Both the position numbers and the translations under genes were made by a program. This document shows positions 23,801 through 37,400 of a stretch of DNA of 64,000 bases, piece by piece. The notes under the pieces were generated by a model. It did no database searches. It was given only the letters and a program-made list of their open reading frames with translations, and was not told where the DNA came from. Source of the DNA: Haliotis rubra. Its lineage: Eukaryota. Location: contig NW_025765647.1 in assembly GCF_003918875.1 (NCBI RefSeq), forward strand, positions 1,426,001-1,490,000. The letters run 5' to 3'. How positions within the stretch are numbered: position 1 is the first letter of the stretch; each line of letters opens with the position of its first letter.

Positions 23801-26800
23801 NNNNNNNNNNNNNNNNNNNNNNNNNNNNNNNNNNNNNNNNNNNNNNNNNNNNNNNNNNNNNNNNNNNNNNNNNNNNNNNNNNNNNNNNNNNNNNNNNNNN
23901 NNNNNNNNNNNNNNNNNNNNNNNNNNNNNNNNNNNNNNNNNNNNNNNNNNNNNNNNNNNNNNNNNNNNNNNNNNNNNNNNNNNNNNNNNNNNNNNNNNNN
24001 NNNNNNNNNNNNNNNNNNNNNNNNNNNNNNNNNNNNNNNNNNNNNNNNNNNNNNNNNNNNNNNNNNNNNNNNNNNNNNNNNNNNNNNNNNCCTTCCTCCT
24101 CTCCATCCCTCCTCCATCCTCCCTCCCTCCATCCTCCTCCTCCTCCTTCTCCTCCTCCTCCATCCTTCCTCCTTCCATCCTCCTTCCTCCTTTCCTTCCC
24201 TTCTTCCCTTCCCTCCTCCTCCTCCTCCTCCATCCTCCTCCCTCCTTCCTCCATCCTTCCTCCATTCCCTCCTTCCTCCCTCCTCCTCCCTCTTCCTNNN
24301 NNNNNNNNNNNNNNNNNNNNNNNNNNNNNNNNNNNNNNNNNNNNNNNNNNNNNNNNNNNNNNNNNNNNNNNNNNNNNNNNNNNNNNNNNNNNNNNNNNNN
24401 NNNNNNNNNNNNNNNNNNNNNNNNNNNNNNNNNNNNNNNNNNNNNNNNNNNNNNNNNNNNNNNNNNNNNNNNNNNNNNNNNNNNNNNNNNNNNNNNNCAT
24501 CCATTCCTCTCNNNNNNNNNNNNNNNNNNNNNNNNNNNNNNNNNNNNNNNNNNNNNNNNNNNNNNNNNNNNNNNNNNNNNNNNNNNNNNNNNNNNNNNNN
24601 NNNNNNNNNNNNNNNNNNNNNNNNNNNNNNNNNNNNNNNNNNNNNNNNNNNNNNNNNNNNNNNNNNNNNNNNNNNNNTCCTCCTTCCTCTTCCCTCCTCC
24701 CTCCATCCTTCCCTCCATCCTCCATCCTCTTCCTTCCATCCCTCCTTCCATCATCCTTCCTCCTTCCATCCATTCCATCATCCCTCCTCCTCCTCCTCCT
24801 TCCTCCCTCCTTCCCTCCCTCCATCCCTCCTCCTTCCTCCTTCCTCCCTCCCTCCTCCATCCCTCCTTCTCCTCCCTCCTTCCATCCTCCTCCATCCTTC
24901 TCTTCCCTCCATCCCTCCATCCTCCCCTCCTTCCCTCCTTCCCTCCTCCTTCCCTCCATCCTCCCTCTTCCTTCCTCCTCCTCTCCTCTCACCTCCATCC
25001 ATCCTTCCTCCATCCTCTCCTTCCTCCACTCCATCCATCCTCTCCTCCTCCTCCTTCCATCCTCCTCCTTCCTTCCCTCTCCCTCCCTCCTTCCTCCATC
25101 CTCCTCCTCCTCCTTCCATCCTCCCTCCTCCATCCTTCCTCCATCTCTTTCCTCTTCCTCCCTTCCTCCCTCCATTCCTTCCTCCTCCTTCCTCCTATCC
25201 TTCCTCCATCTCCTTCCATCCTTCCTTCCTTCCTCCATCCTCCTTCCTCCTCCATCCTCCTCCTTCCTCCTCCCTCCTTCCTTCCTCCTCCCTCCTTCCT
25301 CCATCCTCCTCCCTCCTTCCTTCTCCTCCATCCCCTCCTCCTTCCTCCTTCCCTCCTCCTTCTCCTCCTCCATCTTCCCTTTCCTCCTTCCTCCTTCCTT
25401 CCTCTTCCATCCTCTCCTCCTTCCTCTCATCCTTCCTCCTCCATCCTCCATCCTCCTTTCCTCCATTCCTCCTTCCTTCCTCCTTCCTCCTTTCCATTCC
25501 ATCCTTCCTTCTTCTCCTTCCTCCATTCCTCCTTCCTCCTCCTCCTCCTTCCATCCTCCTCCTTCCTCCATCCTTCCACTCTTCCATTCCTCCTCCTTCT
25601 TTCCTCTGTTCCTCTCCTTCCTCCTCCATCCTTCTTCCTCCATCCTTCCTCCTCCCTTCCTCCTTCCTCCTCCTTCCTCCTCCTTCCTCCTCCATCCTCC
25701 TCCATCCTCCTCCATCTTCCTCCTCCTTCCTTCCATCCTTCCTCCATCCTTCCTTCCTCCTCCTTCCTTCCTCCTCCTCCTCCTTTCCTTCCTTCCTCCT
25801 TCCTTCCTCCATCCCTCCATTTGTTCCTTCTCCTCCTCCATATCCTCCTTCCTCCTCTCCTTCCATCCTTCCTTTCCTCCTTCCTTCCCTTCCTCCCTCC
25901 ATCCTTCCTCCATCCTCCCTCCTTCCTCCTCCCTCCTTCCATTCCTCTCTCCTTCTCCATCCTCCATCCTTCCCTCCTCCTATTCCTCCTTCCTCTCTGT
26001 CCTCCTTCCTTTCCCTCCATTCCTCTTCCTCCATCCACCTTTCCTCCTCCTTCCATCCTCTTCCCTCTCTTCCATCCTCCTTCCTCCTCTTCCTCCTCCA
26101 TCCTCCTCCATCCTCCTTCCATCCTCCTTCCTTTTCCTCCTCCTCCTTCCTTCTTCCTCATTCCTCCCTTCCTCCATCCTCCTTCCTCCTTCCATCCTTC
26201 CTCCTCCCTCCATCCTCCTCCTCCATCCTTCCATTCCTTCCTCCTTTCCTCCATCCTTCCTTCCTCCTCCTCCTTCCTCCGTCCTTCCTTCCTCCTCCTC
26301 CTCCTCCCTCTTCCTCCTTCCTCCTTGTCCTCTCTCCTTCCTTCTTCCTCCATCCTTCCTCCTCCTTCCTTCCTTCCGTCCACCTCCTCCATCTGTCCTC
26401 CTTCCTCCTCCTCCATCCACCCGTCCTCCTTCCTTCCTCCTCCTTCCTCCCTTCCTCCATCTGTCCTTCCTCCTCCATTCCTCCTTCCTCCTCCATCCAT
26501 CCTTCCTCCTCCTCCTTCCTTCCTTCCGTCCTCTTCTCCTCCTCCTTTCCCTCCTGTCCTCCTCCTTCCTCCATTCCGTCCTCCTCCATTCCATTCCTCC
26601 TGTCCTCCGTGTTGTCATCCGTCTTCCTCCATCCTTCCGTCCATTCCGTCCTTCCTCCATTCCGTCCTCCATTCCTCCCTGCTTCTCCATATCTCCTCCT
26701 TCCTCCGTCACTTCCCCTCCATCCTCCTTCCTTCACCTCCATCCCATCTCCACTTCCCCTCCATCCTCCCCTACTTCTCCCTCCATCCTCGGTCCTACTT

Positions 26801-26905
26801 CTCCCTCCATCCTTCCTGTGGGGCCTTCCCCTTCCATCCTCCTGGGTCGGCCTTCCCTCCATCCTCCTTCCTTTTCCATTCCATCCTCTCTAATTCCCCC
26901 CTCTT
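20854..26905. repeat. ~6 kb polypyrimidine/polypurine tract ((CCT)n / CCAT / CCTT mosaic) with eight N gaps
   Basis: Plus strand is almost only C/T; N runs lie between 21367 and 24677. Confidence 0.95.
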
Positions 26906-29900
26906 TATTGGCTGATTGCTTGTGTTAGCTTTCTTTCGTTCATTTGTTGTTTTCTCAGTTTGATGCTTAGTTACTTTTGTTGTTATTTCTTTGCTTGGTT
27001 TGTTGTTGCTTTTTGACAGTGGGTGGCTATGAGTTTGGTTGTGTTAATGCTCTTTTAGCATGTTTTGGTTTTGTTGATTTTTGAGTGTTTTGTTTGTTTT
27101 CATTATTTCTTGCATTTTGTGCTTGTTTAAGTGTTTGTGTTGTTTCTTTGATACGTGTTTGTTTTCTTGTTTGTTTGTTTGTTTGTTTGTTGGCTGTATC
27201 TTGCTTTGATTGGTTATTTCCTTTGTTTTTTGTTGTTTGATACATTTGATTGGTTCCATCCAGTGTTTTGTTTTGCTGATGTTGTTTCAGTGATTGATTG
27301 TTTGTTCTTTGTTTCTTTTGTTCTTGGCTGTTCAGCTGTTTGATACTCTGTTTGAATTATTTGGTATTTGTTTGACTTGTTGATGATATTCTTTTGTTGA
27401 TTTCATTTATTTCGATTTTATGTTTGTTGCTTGGTTTTTGGTTTCAATATTTGATTGGCTGTGTTTTGTTTTGGTTCGTGTGTTTCTTCATTGGTGTTTT
27501 GTTGCTTGCTACGTTTAGTTTACTCGTTGTGTTGTCAATTCTTTTCGGTTTTTTTGTGTGTTTTTTTGGTGTTCTTTGTTTTTTTTTGGCTGATTGCTTG
27601 TGTTAGCTTTCTTTCGTTCAGATGGGGTTTTCTAAGTTTAATGTTTGGTTCCATTTGTTGTTATTTCTTGCTTGGGTTGTCGGTTGTTTTTTTCAGTGGG
27701 TGGCTATGTAATTGGTTGTGTTAATGCTCTCTTAATTTGTTTTCGTTTTGTTGATTTTTGAGAGTTTTGTTTGTTTTCATTTCTTTGTTTTGTTCATTTT
27801 GTGCTTGATTTAGTGTTTGTGTTGTTCCTTAGATAAGTGTTTATTTTGTTGTTTGTTTGTTGGCTGTTTTGTGCTTTGATTGGTTATTTCCTTTGTTGGT
27901 TTGTTGTTTGATATATTTGATTGGTTCGTTCCTGTGTTTGTTTTGCTGATGTTGTTTCAGCTATTGATGGTTTGTTCTTTGTTTCTATTGTTCTTGGCTG
28001 TTCGGCTGTTTGATACTCTGTTTGAATTATTTGGTATTTGTTTGCCTTTGTTATGATATTCTTTTGTTGATTTCTGTTGTTTCGATTTAATGTTTGTTGC
28101 TTGGTTGTTTGTGTTTCAATATTTGATTGGCTCTGTTTTCTTTCAGTACGTGTGTCTGATCATCGGTGTTTTGTTGCTTGCTGTGTTTTGTTTACTCGCT
28201 GTGTTGTCAAATCCTTTTCGTTTTTCGGGTTTTTTTTGGCTGATTGCTTGTGTTAGCTTTCTTTCGTTCATTTGTTGTTTTCTCAGTTTGATGCTTAGTT
28301 ACTTTTGTTGTTATTTCTTTGCTTGGTTTGTTGTTGCTTTTTGACAGTGGGTGGTTATGAGTTTGGTTGTGTTAATGCTCTTTTAGCATGTTTTGGTTTT
28401 GTTGATTTTTGAGTGTTTTGTTTGTTTTCATTATTTCTTGCATTTTGTGCTTGTTTAAGTGTTTGTGTTGTTTCTTTGATACGTGTTTGTTTTCTTGTTT
28501 GTTTGTTTGTTGGCTGTATCTTGCTTTGATTGGTTATTTCCTTTGTTTTTTTGTTGTTTGATACATTTGATTGGTTCCATCCAGTGTTTTGTTTTGCTGA
28601 TGTTGTTTCAGTGATTGATTGTTTGTTCTTTGTTTCTTTTGTTCTTGGCTGTTCAGCTGTTTGATACTCTGTTTGAATTATTTGGTATTTGTTTGACTTG
28701 TTGATGATATTCTTTTGTTGATTTCATTTATTTCGATTTTATGTTTGTTGCTTGGTTTTTGGTTTCAGTATTTGATTGGCTGTGTTTTGTTTTGGTTCGT
28801 GTGTTTCTTCATTGGTGTTTTGTTCCTTGCTACGTTTAGTTTACTCGTTGTGTTGTCAATTCTTTTTCGTTTTTGTGTGTTTTTTTGTGTTCTTTGTTTT
28901 TTTTGGCTGATTGCTTGTGTTAGCTTTCTATCGTTCAGATGGGGTTTTCTAAGTTTAATGTTTGGTTCCATTTGTTGTTATTTCTTAGCTTGGGTTGTCG
29001 GTTGTTTTTTTCAGTGGGTGGCTATGTAATTAGTTGTGTTAATGCTCTCTTAATTTGTTTTCGTTTTGTTGATTTTTGAGAGTTTTGTTTGTTTTCATTT
29101 CTTTTTTTGTTCATTTTGTGCTTGATTTAGTGTTTGTGTTGTTCCTTAGATAAGTGTTTGTTTTGTTGTTTGTTTGTTGGCTGTTTTGTGCTTTGATTGG
29201 TTATTTCCTTTGTTGGTTTGTTGTTTGATATATTTGATTGGTTCGTTCCTGTGTTTGTTTTGCTGATGTTGTTTCAGCTATTGATGGTTTGTTCTTTGTT
29301 TCTATTGTTCTTGGCTGTTCGGCTGTTTGATACTCTGTTTGAATTATTTGGTATTTGTTTGCCTGTGTTATGATATTCTTTTGTTTATTTCTTTTGTTTC
29401 GATTTAATGTTTGTTGCTTGGTTGTTTGTGTTTCAATATTTGATTGGCTCTGTTTTCTTTCAGTACGTGTGTCTGATCATCGGTGTTTTGTTGCTTGCTG
29501 TGTTTTGTTTACTCGTTGTGTTGTCAAATCCTTTTCGTTTTTCGTGTTTTTTTTGGCTGATTGCTTGTGTTAGCTTTCTTTCGTTCATTTGTTGTTTTCT
29601 CAGTTTGATGCTTAGTTACTTTTGTTGTTATTTCTTTGCTTGGTTTGTTGTTGCTTTTTGACAGTGGGTGGCTATGAGTTTGGTTGTGTTAATGCTCTTT
29701 TAGCATGTTTTGGTTTTGTTGATTTTTGAGTGTTTTGTTTGTTTTCATTATTTCTTGCATTTTGTGCTTGTTTAAGTGTTTGTGTTGTTTCTTTGATACG
29801 TGTTTGTTTTCTTGTTTGTTTGTTTGTTGGCTGTATCTTGCTTTGATTGGTTATTTCCTTTGTTTTTTGTTGTTTGATACATTTGATTGGTTCCATCCAG

Positions 29901-30870
29901 TGTTTTGTTTTGCTGATGTTGTTTCAGTGATTGATTGTTTGTTCTTTGTTTCTTTTGTTCTTGGCTGTTCAGCTGTTTGATACTCTGTTTGAATTATTTG
30001 GTATTTGTTTGACTTGTTGATGATATTCTTTTGTTGATTTCATTTATTTCGATTTTATGTTTGTTGCTTGGTTTTTGGTTTCAATATTTGATTGGCTGTG
30101 TTTTGTTTTGGTTCGTGTGTTTCTTCATTGGTGTTTTGTTGCTTGCTACGTTTAGTTTACTCGTTGTGTTGTCAATTCTTTTTCGTTTTTTTGTGTGTTT
30201 TTTTGTGTTCTTTGTGTTTTTTTTGGCTGATTGCTTGTGTTAGCTTTCTATCGTTCAGATGGGGTTTTCTAAGTTTAATGTTTGGTTCCATTTGTTGTTA
30301 TTTCTTTGCTTGGGTTGTCGGTTGTTTTTTTCAGTGGGTGGCTATGTAATTGGTTGTGTTAATGCTCTCTTAATTTGTTTTCGTTTTGTTGATTTTTGAG
30401 AGTTTTGTTTGTTTTCATTTCTTTTTTTGTTTTCATTTTGTGCTTGATTTAGTGTTTGTGTTGTTCCTTAGATAAGTGTTTGTTTTGTTGTTTGTTTGTT
30501 GGCTGTTTCGTGCTTTGATTGGTTATTTCCTTTGTTGGTTTGCTGATGTTGTTTCAGCTATTGATAGTTTGTTCTTTGTTTCTATTGTTCTTGGCTGTTT
30601 GGCTGTTCAATACTTTGTTTGAATTCTTACTTATTTGTTTGCCTCGTTGATGGTATTCTTTAGTTTATTCCTTTTTTCGATTTAATGTTTGCTGCTTGGA
30701 TGTTTGTTTTTCAATATTTGATTGACTCTGTTTTCTTTTGGTTCGTGTGTTTCTTCAGTATTGTTTTGTTGCTTGCTACGTTAAGTTTACTCGTTGTGTT
30801 GTCAATTCTTTTTCGTTTCGGTGATTGCTTGTGTTAGGTTTCTATCGTTAAGTTATCTCAGTTTGATGCT
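26906..30870. repeat. G/T-rich tandem repeat: ~650-680 bp subunits in an A-B dimer (~1.32 kb), three copies
   Basis: Anchor ttggctgattgcttgtgttagctttct at ~26908, 27586, 28236, 28903, 29553 and 30223, alternately followed by ...catttgttg (A) and ...cagatgggg (B). Confidence 0.9.
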
Positions 30871-31252
30871 TAGTTACTTTTGTTGTTATTTCTGTTAGGT
30901 TGTGTTTATGCTCACTTAATTTGTTTTTATTTTGTTCTTTGCTCTTTGTCTGTTCGATACGTTGAATTCATTGGTATTTGCTCTGCTGATTGATGGTACT
31001 CTTTTGTTTACTTCTTTTGTTTTTAGTCTGTGTTTGTTTCTTGGTTTTCGTGATTGTATTTGCGTTTTTAGTCGTTTTATGGTTTTTATTCTTCACTGGT
31101 GTTTTGTAGGGGTTTTTAATGTACCAGGTTATGGATATTTTTTCGTTTTCTGTTTCGAGTCATTTTCGTGAGGTTGGGTGTTTCTTGGGTTTGATGTTTG
31201 GTCCCTTATGTTTTTACTTCATTCGTTGGTTTGTTGTGGTTACCTGTTGTTA

Positions 31253-31497
31253 GTGAGTGAGTTTAGTTTTAAGCCGCACTCAGCAATATTCCAGCTATAT
31301 GGCGTCGGTCTGTAAATAATCCAGTGATCAACATCATGAGCATCGATCTGCGCAATTGGGAACCAATGACATGTGTCAACCAAGTCAGCGAGCCTGACCA
31401 CCCAATCCCGTTAGTCGCCTTTTATGACAAGCATAGTCGCCTTTTATGACAAGAATGGGTTGCTGAAGACCTACTCTACCCCGGATCTTCACGGGTC
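31253..31497 (-). mobile_element. SINE family 2, near full length
   Basis: (GTGA)n tail; perfect 15-bp TSD ggttacctgttgtta (31238-31252, 31498-31512). Confidence 0.92.
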
Positions 31498-31499
31498 GG

Positions 31500-34400
31500 T
31501 TACCTGTTGTTACTCTCAGTGGCTGACTATATAATTGTTTGGTTGCTCATTGAATTGAGTGGTGGGCAACTATTTTCTGAGTTTGGGTTCTTAATTGTTT
31601 ATAACCTATTTGGCTCAGCTGGGTTTGGGACTTTGTCCTCTGTTGTTGTTTGTTTGTTTGTTTGTTTTGTCTGTTTTTCTTGTTTGTGGGGGGTGAGTGT
31701 GGTGTTCTCTTCTCAGTTAATGTGAGGGGACAGTGGGTTGTTTTTCTCTAATTTGTGTCTATCATGGCGGCATAGTTTGATCTTTTCTTTCTTTCAAAAA
31801 ATGTTTTGTTCTTGTTCTCTTTTTTTTCACTGTGTTAGTTGTTGTTTAATTGCCTATCTTTGTATTTTTGTGTTTTTTTAATTTTGTGTGTATGCTTAGT
31901 TGGTTGCTGTTCATGTTGTTAGCTTCACGCATTCGTTGAATGTGTCTGTGTAGCTTAGACGTCTAGTATGCTTGGTTTGTAGTTTTAAACCTTTGGTTTT
32001 CATGGGATGGTTAGCTCGAAAATTCCTCCACACCTTCATGCTCCAATCTCTCTCAATCCTCTATGTCTATCACCTTTCCTAAACCCACTATCATCCACAC
32101 TATTCTCTCTGCACTTCTTATATTCCCCCTCTAGCCTTTTCAAGTCCCCTTCCATCTTTCCCATTCGTCCCACCCGCCGTTCTTTTTTCTACACATTACA
32201 TACCTATCCATTCTCCTTATTTTCCCTGCCACTCTCACTTCTTTTCTTTCTGTCCTTCCTTCACTTGCATCCATTCTGCTTCGCACCCCTTCCATCCTAC
32301 TTCTTCCTCTATCCCCAGTCACTTCACTCAGTCCTCCCTTTTACCCCTGCGGTCCTCCTTAGTCTCCCACCAAAGCCAACCCACTTACCCCCTTCATCTA
32401 ACCTAGTTCCGTTTCCACCCTCCTTTCCTCCCCCATCCTCCTTACTCAGTTACCTTCTGCTTTCTCTATCATCCTTCCTGCTTATCCTTCCATCTTTATA
32501 TTTTCACCTCCTACTTCCCTAAACACTTCACTCTACCTTCCTTTAATCTTCCTTATTTCACTCACTATCGTTTGCGTATCCCCTCCCTATTTACATTTTC
32601 AAATCCACTACTGACTTTCTACTTCTTCCTTTTCACAATAGCTACATTTCTTATCATCTCCTTACTTTTCCCTATATCCTACCCATCCACTAGTTTTCGT
32701 TTTGTGTTCCTCTTTTTGGCTTTTTCTTTGGCTGTTGGCAGGTTCATAATTTCTTGGTTAGTTCGATACTTGCTCTTATGTTTTCTTCCTCGCTGGTTTA
32801 CTGATCGGTCGTTTTGTTGTTTGTTTGTTTTGCTCCCAACTGTTTGGTTCTTGGACACTTTGTTTCTAGTCTTGCGTCTGTGTTTTGTTGCTTGTAATAG
32901 TTTTCAAATTTTGTTATATGTTTCTTTATTTTTTTTATTTTGTTGCCTGGTTGCTTGGTTATATTTTCATTTCGATATTTGTGTTGTTTCGGTAATTGTT
33001 TTTGGCTTTGTGTTTCCCAGGGTGTTTTTAGTTGGATGTTTGGTTGTTGGTGGCTTCCTTTCATTTGTTTGTTTGTTTGCTTGTCTGCTTGTTGATTGTT
33101 ACATTTCTTGTTTGTGTTGATGAATGTTTGTTCTCTGTCCGTGTGTGATTGTTTTCGTTTTTTCTGCTGTTCTTTAGTTCTGTGTTTGTTTGTTAGTTGA
33201 CAGTTCCTCAGTTAGTTTTGTTGTCAGTTGTTTTGTTTTTTTTGTTTGTTTTTTTTTGTTTCGGTTTCTTTTGCTTTGATTGTTTGGTTGGTTGGGGATG
33301 GGGGTGGGGTGGAATGTTGCTCATTTTGTTCGGTTCTCTGGGTTTTGTTGTTTCATTTTTCACATACTGTTTCATTTTGTTTCTTTACATTGCTTGTTTC
33401 ATTGATTGGTCGGTTACACCCTATCCTCCCTTTCAACTCTATTCTTGTCCATGTCTCCTTCCATCTTTGCTACTCGTCCCACCCCACGTACTCTCCATTC
33501 TGTCTCTCTACTTGCCCCCACCCTTAATATTTCCCCTCATTCACTACTCCCCATCCCCTGAACCTCCAATAATTTCCTTTCCTAACAAGCCCTTTCCCAC
33601 TCCTTACTACCTTTTCTAATCTGTTTCTTATATTTTCGAGGCGTTTGTTTTCTTTTTTGTTTTGTTTGTTTGGAAAGTAGTTTGCATATTTTGTTTATTT
33701 GCTTAGTCCTTTTTGTTGCTGTCGTGTTTGTTTCTTTCCTCTGTACTGTGATGATGGTTGGTCGTTTGCTGTATATTTGTCTGGTTCTAGAAGGCTTATC
33801 TATTTCCTGGTGTTGTTGATTTCATTCTTATTTATGTGCTATCTTGTTGCATGGTCATTTGGTGTTTCGTTTTGTTGTTATATTTGTTGAATGTTTTGCT
33901 TTGAAGTGGGTAAGGGGTGGGTTGGGTTGTATGTGTTATACAGTTCATTTGGTATTCATACATGTTTGCTTGCTTATCTTTGGGGGTTTGGGGTGTTTAA
34001 TTGTTTTTGTTGGTTTGTTGTTAAGTTTTCTTTAGATCCCTTTTGATTTGTTTTTAACGTTTCGGTTCTTTTGTCAATACTGTTTGTTCATTTTTAACCC
34101 TTCTGTATTTTGATTTGTGTTTTTCCGTGGTTGGTTGTCGGTGTCACTCATATTTTCATTAGTATCTTTTGTGCTTTTTTTGATTGGTCGGTGTTTCTAT
34201 TTTGAATTGGTTTCATATAATTGGTTCGTTTCCCCAATTTACCTTCCATCTTCCTTTCTCATCCCTCCACCCCTTCTTCTTCATACATCCCCCCCCCCCA
34301 ACTTCTCCTTCATCCTCAATAGTTCTGCCTCCATCCACTATTCTTTCTGTCCCACTCCTCCCTGTCTACCCCTCCATACTCCATACTTTCCAGGTCATCC

Positions 34401-37400
34401 ACCCTACTTCCCCCTCCATTGTCGCTAGTTACGAGGGCCTTAATTAATCCACCTCATTCTTCCTCCGTCTCATCACTTTCACTTTATCCACCCTCCTTAA
34501 CCATCAACCCTCCCTACTTCTCTATACTTTCTTCTTTTCCCTCCACCCACCCTAGATTCCCTCTATATCCATCCTACTTTCCCCTTCACTCTCCTTTCTC
34601 CCCACTCAGTTGTCCCTGTCTACCCCTCAATCTTCAGCTCAGTGATTGTTCTTATGTTGTGTTCATTGTTATTGTACTTATTGCTTGATTTTTTGCTTTT
34701 TATTGTTTGTTTTTGTTTTTCTTTACACTGATGGTTGTTGCTATTATTTTGCGTTTTTGTTAGATGTTTCTTTGCTTTATTGCTATTGTTCCTCTGTTCT
34801 TTCAGTGCTTGTACCTTCCGTTATTTCTCTTGATATGTTTGTGTGTATGCTTGGTGATTTGTGTTGAAAGTTTGGTTGGTTATTCTGTTTTTGTTTTATG
34901 TGTATTTCCTTTCGTTGGTTATTTGTTTGGTGCATATAGATGTTCAGTTTGTTTGTTATACCTTTGGTTTTTGTTGTGATATATAAACAGTTGCTTTCTA
35001 GATTGTTGCCGTTCAACCAGTTCCTCTTTTATTTGATTGTTTGTTTGGTCGTTTGGTTTCTTGACTCTTTGTGAGATATTAGATTTGTGTTTTTCAATGT
35101 TTCTTGTTTGTTGCTAATTCCTGTAATGTACTTTTCTGTACCATTGTTTTTCATGTTTTTATTTTTGTGTGTTGTTTCCTTCTTTGTTGTATAATTGTTT
35201 TGAGTCTCTATTGTTTGAAAACCGTGTATGTTTGTGTTATTCTTTTCCTTTATTGATTAATTTGTATCTTGTGTAGCTATTCGACTGGTTACATCCTACT
35301 TGTTTTTATTACTTGTTTTGCTGCTTGGTAGTTCACTCTGTGGATGTTTGGTTGTATGTTTTGTTTTGCTTGGCTTCGTTTTGTTTGTTTTACGCTAGTT
35401 GGTTGTTGTTTACAGGAGGCATCTAGTTTCTCGTTAATAAGTTTGATTGAATTATCGGTTTGCTTAGTTATCTGAGTTTTCCCTTTCTTGTTTCGTTGGG
35501 TACATGTGTTGTACATTATTTTGTAGAGGTCTTATTTTGGATTGTGGGTTGGGGGGTTTGTGTTTGTTGATTGGTTTCGTCTTGGATGTTTTTGTTATTA
35601 TAATTACGTTGTTTGTCGGTTGTGTGACTGAGTTCATCGTGTTTTTATGGGTTTTGATTTCGATTTTGGTTTAAATCATTGTGTTTTATCTTTTTGGTCA
35701 TTTGTATCCTTGGTTGTTTGGTCTCCAGGGATATATGTTTTTTTGTTTGGTCTTTTTGTCAGTATTGTTGTTCAGCTTATCTTCCTTAAGTACTTGGGAC
35801 TTCCACGTTTCTTTCAGTGTTGTATTGTTCACGTGTTTGATTTGTCTCTGTTTTTGTGTGGCGCTATGGACTCTTTTTTTGGTTCTGTTTCTTTTTGTTT
35901 AGTTGTTTGGCTGTTTGCTTTGTTTCTGCATTCATTGGTTATTTGGTTGGATGAATGCAGATTGGGATTGTCGGTTGGTATTTCTGCTTGCTTATTTGTT
36001 TTGTTTTTTTTGTCTGGTGTGTTTATCATTTATGGGTTGTTACGTTTGTTTGTTTGTTTTATTTTTGTTGTTGTTTTGTTCTGATGGTTGGTTGTTTGTC
36101 CGTTTTTGTTTCATCCTGTATCCCATTTGATCCTGCCCACTCTTTCCTCCGATCCCCCTAATTACGCCTCTCTCATCCATCATTTGTCTCCTTCAACCTT
36201 CCCTACCATTCTCTCTACTTCCCGTCTATACTGTACCTGTCTGTAACTTCACTTCTTCACCCTCCGTCCTTTGCACTTGTTTGTTACATACACCGTATTT
36301 TCTTGTTCTTTACCTTGCTATATTGTCCTCTGTAATTTGTTTGTCTGTAGTTTCTTGTTTGCGTTTTCTGGCATGGTTTCGCTGGGTTCTCTGTTTGATT
36401 TGGAATTTGTTGAAAAAATGTCTTCTCTGCTCAAACATTCCTCTGTTTTATGGTTTAGTTTGTTGGTATTTTTGCCGTTTATGTTTCTTTTATCTCATGT
36501 TCGTATTTACTATTGCTTTTTCACTTATATCTATACATCTATTGTACTGTTTTTTCGTTTGAAGTTTGGGTTGGCTGCTTGAAGTGCTTCGCAGGTTGCT
36601 ACTTTGTCTGGTTTGATTTTTGGTTATGTTTTGTTTTGATTTTTTTGTTTTCTTTGTATCTTTGTTGGGCCTCGTTTGGGCTTTTTTGTTCAGTTGTTTT
36701 GGGTTGGCTGTTTGTATGCTTCATCTTTGGTTTGACCGTTATTTGGTTGATTTGTTGTTTGGTTGATTAGTTTTTGTTTTCATTGGTTCTTTCCTCCCAA
36801 TTTCACAGCTCATTCCTCGCAAGTACTCGCACTATCGCTTTCTACTTCTTCATCCTCCGGACTTTCTCCTTAATCCTCCAAGCCTCCGTTCTAACCCCAC
36901 CCCACCCTTTCCACCCATCCTTTCTCTTTACTTTTCCATAGATTGTCCATGGTTTCCTCTTTTCCCTAATTTCTATCCAATTTATCCCCCTACTTCCAGC
37001 TTCTCCTTTCTCCAAACCTCTATAAATCCTCCCTTTACCTCCTTCACGTTAGCTTCTTCCGCACATTGCTCTCAAGTTGTTCCATTACCTTCCTTACTTC
37101 ACAATCCATATGTCATTCTTCTCCATCAACCCTCTCCACTTCAACTCCATTCATCCCTACTTCTCCTTCCGTATTCTCTACTTCCCTTTTCACCCTCCCT
37201 ACTTCTCCTTCCGTATTCTCTACTTCCCTTTTCACCCTCCCTACATCTCCTTCCGTATTCTCTTTCTCTTTTCACCCTCCCTACTTCTCCTTCCGTTCTC
37301 TATATTTTCCTTTTCACCATCCCTACTTCTCCTTCCGTTCTCTATATTTTCCTTTTCACCCTCCCTACTTCTCCTTCCGTTCTCTATATTTTCCTTTACA

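Noticed and set aside
20745-26928. Very long ORFs (up to 2034 aa) rich in P/S/L/F or E/G/R
   Set aside because: Stops are absent because of C/T-only composition and N gaps; multiple frames on both strands are open.
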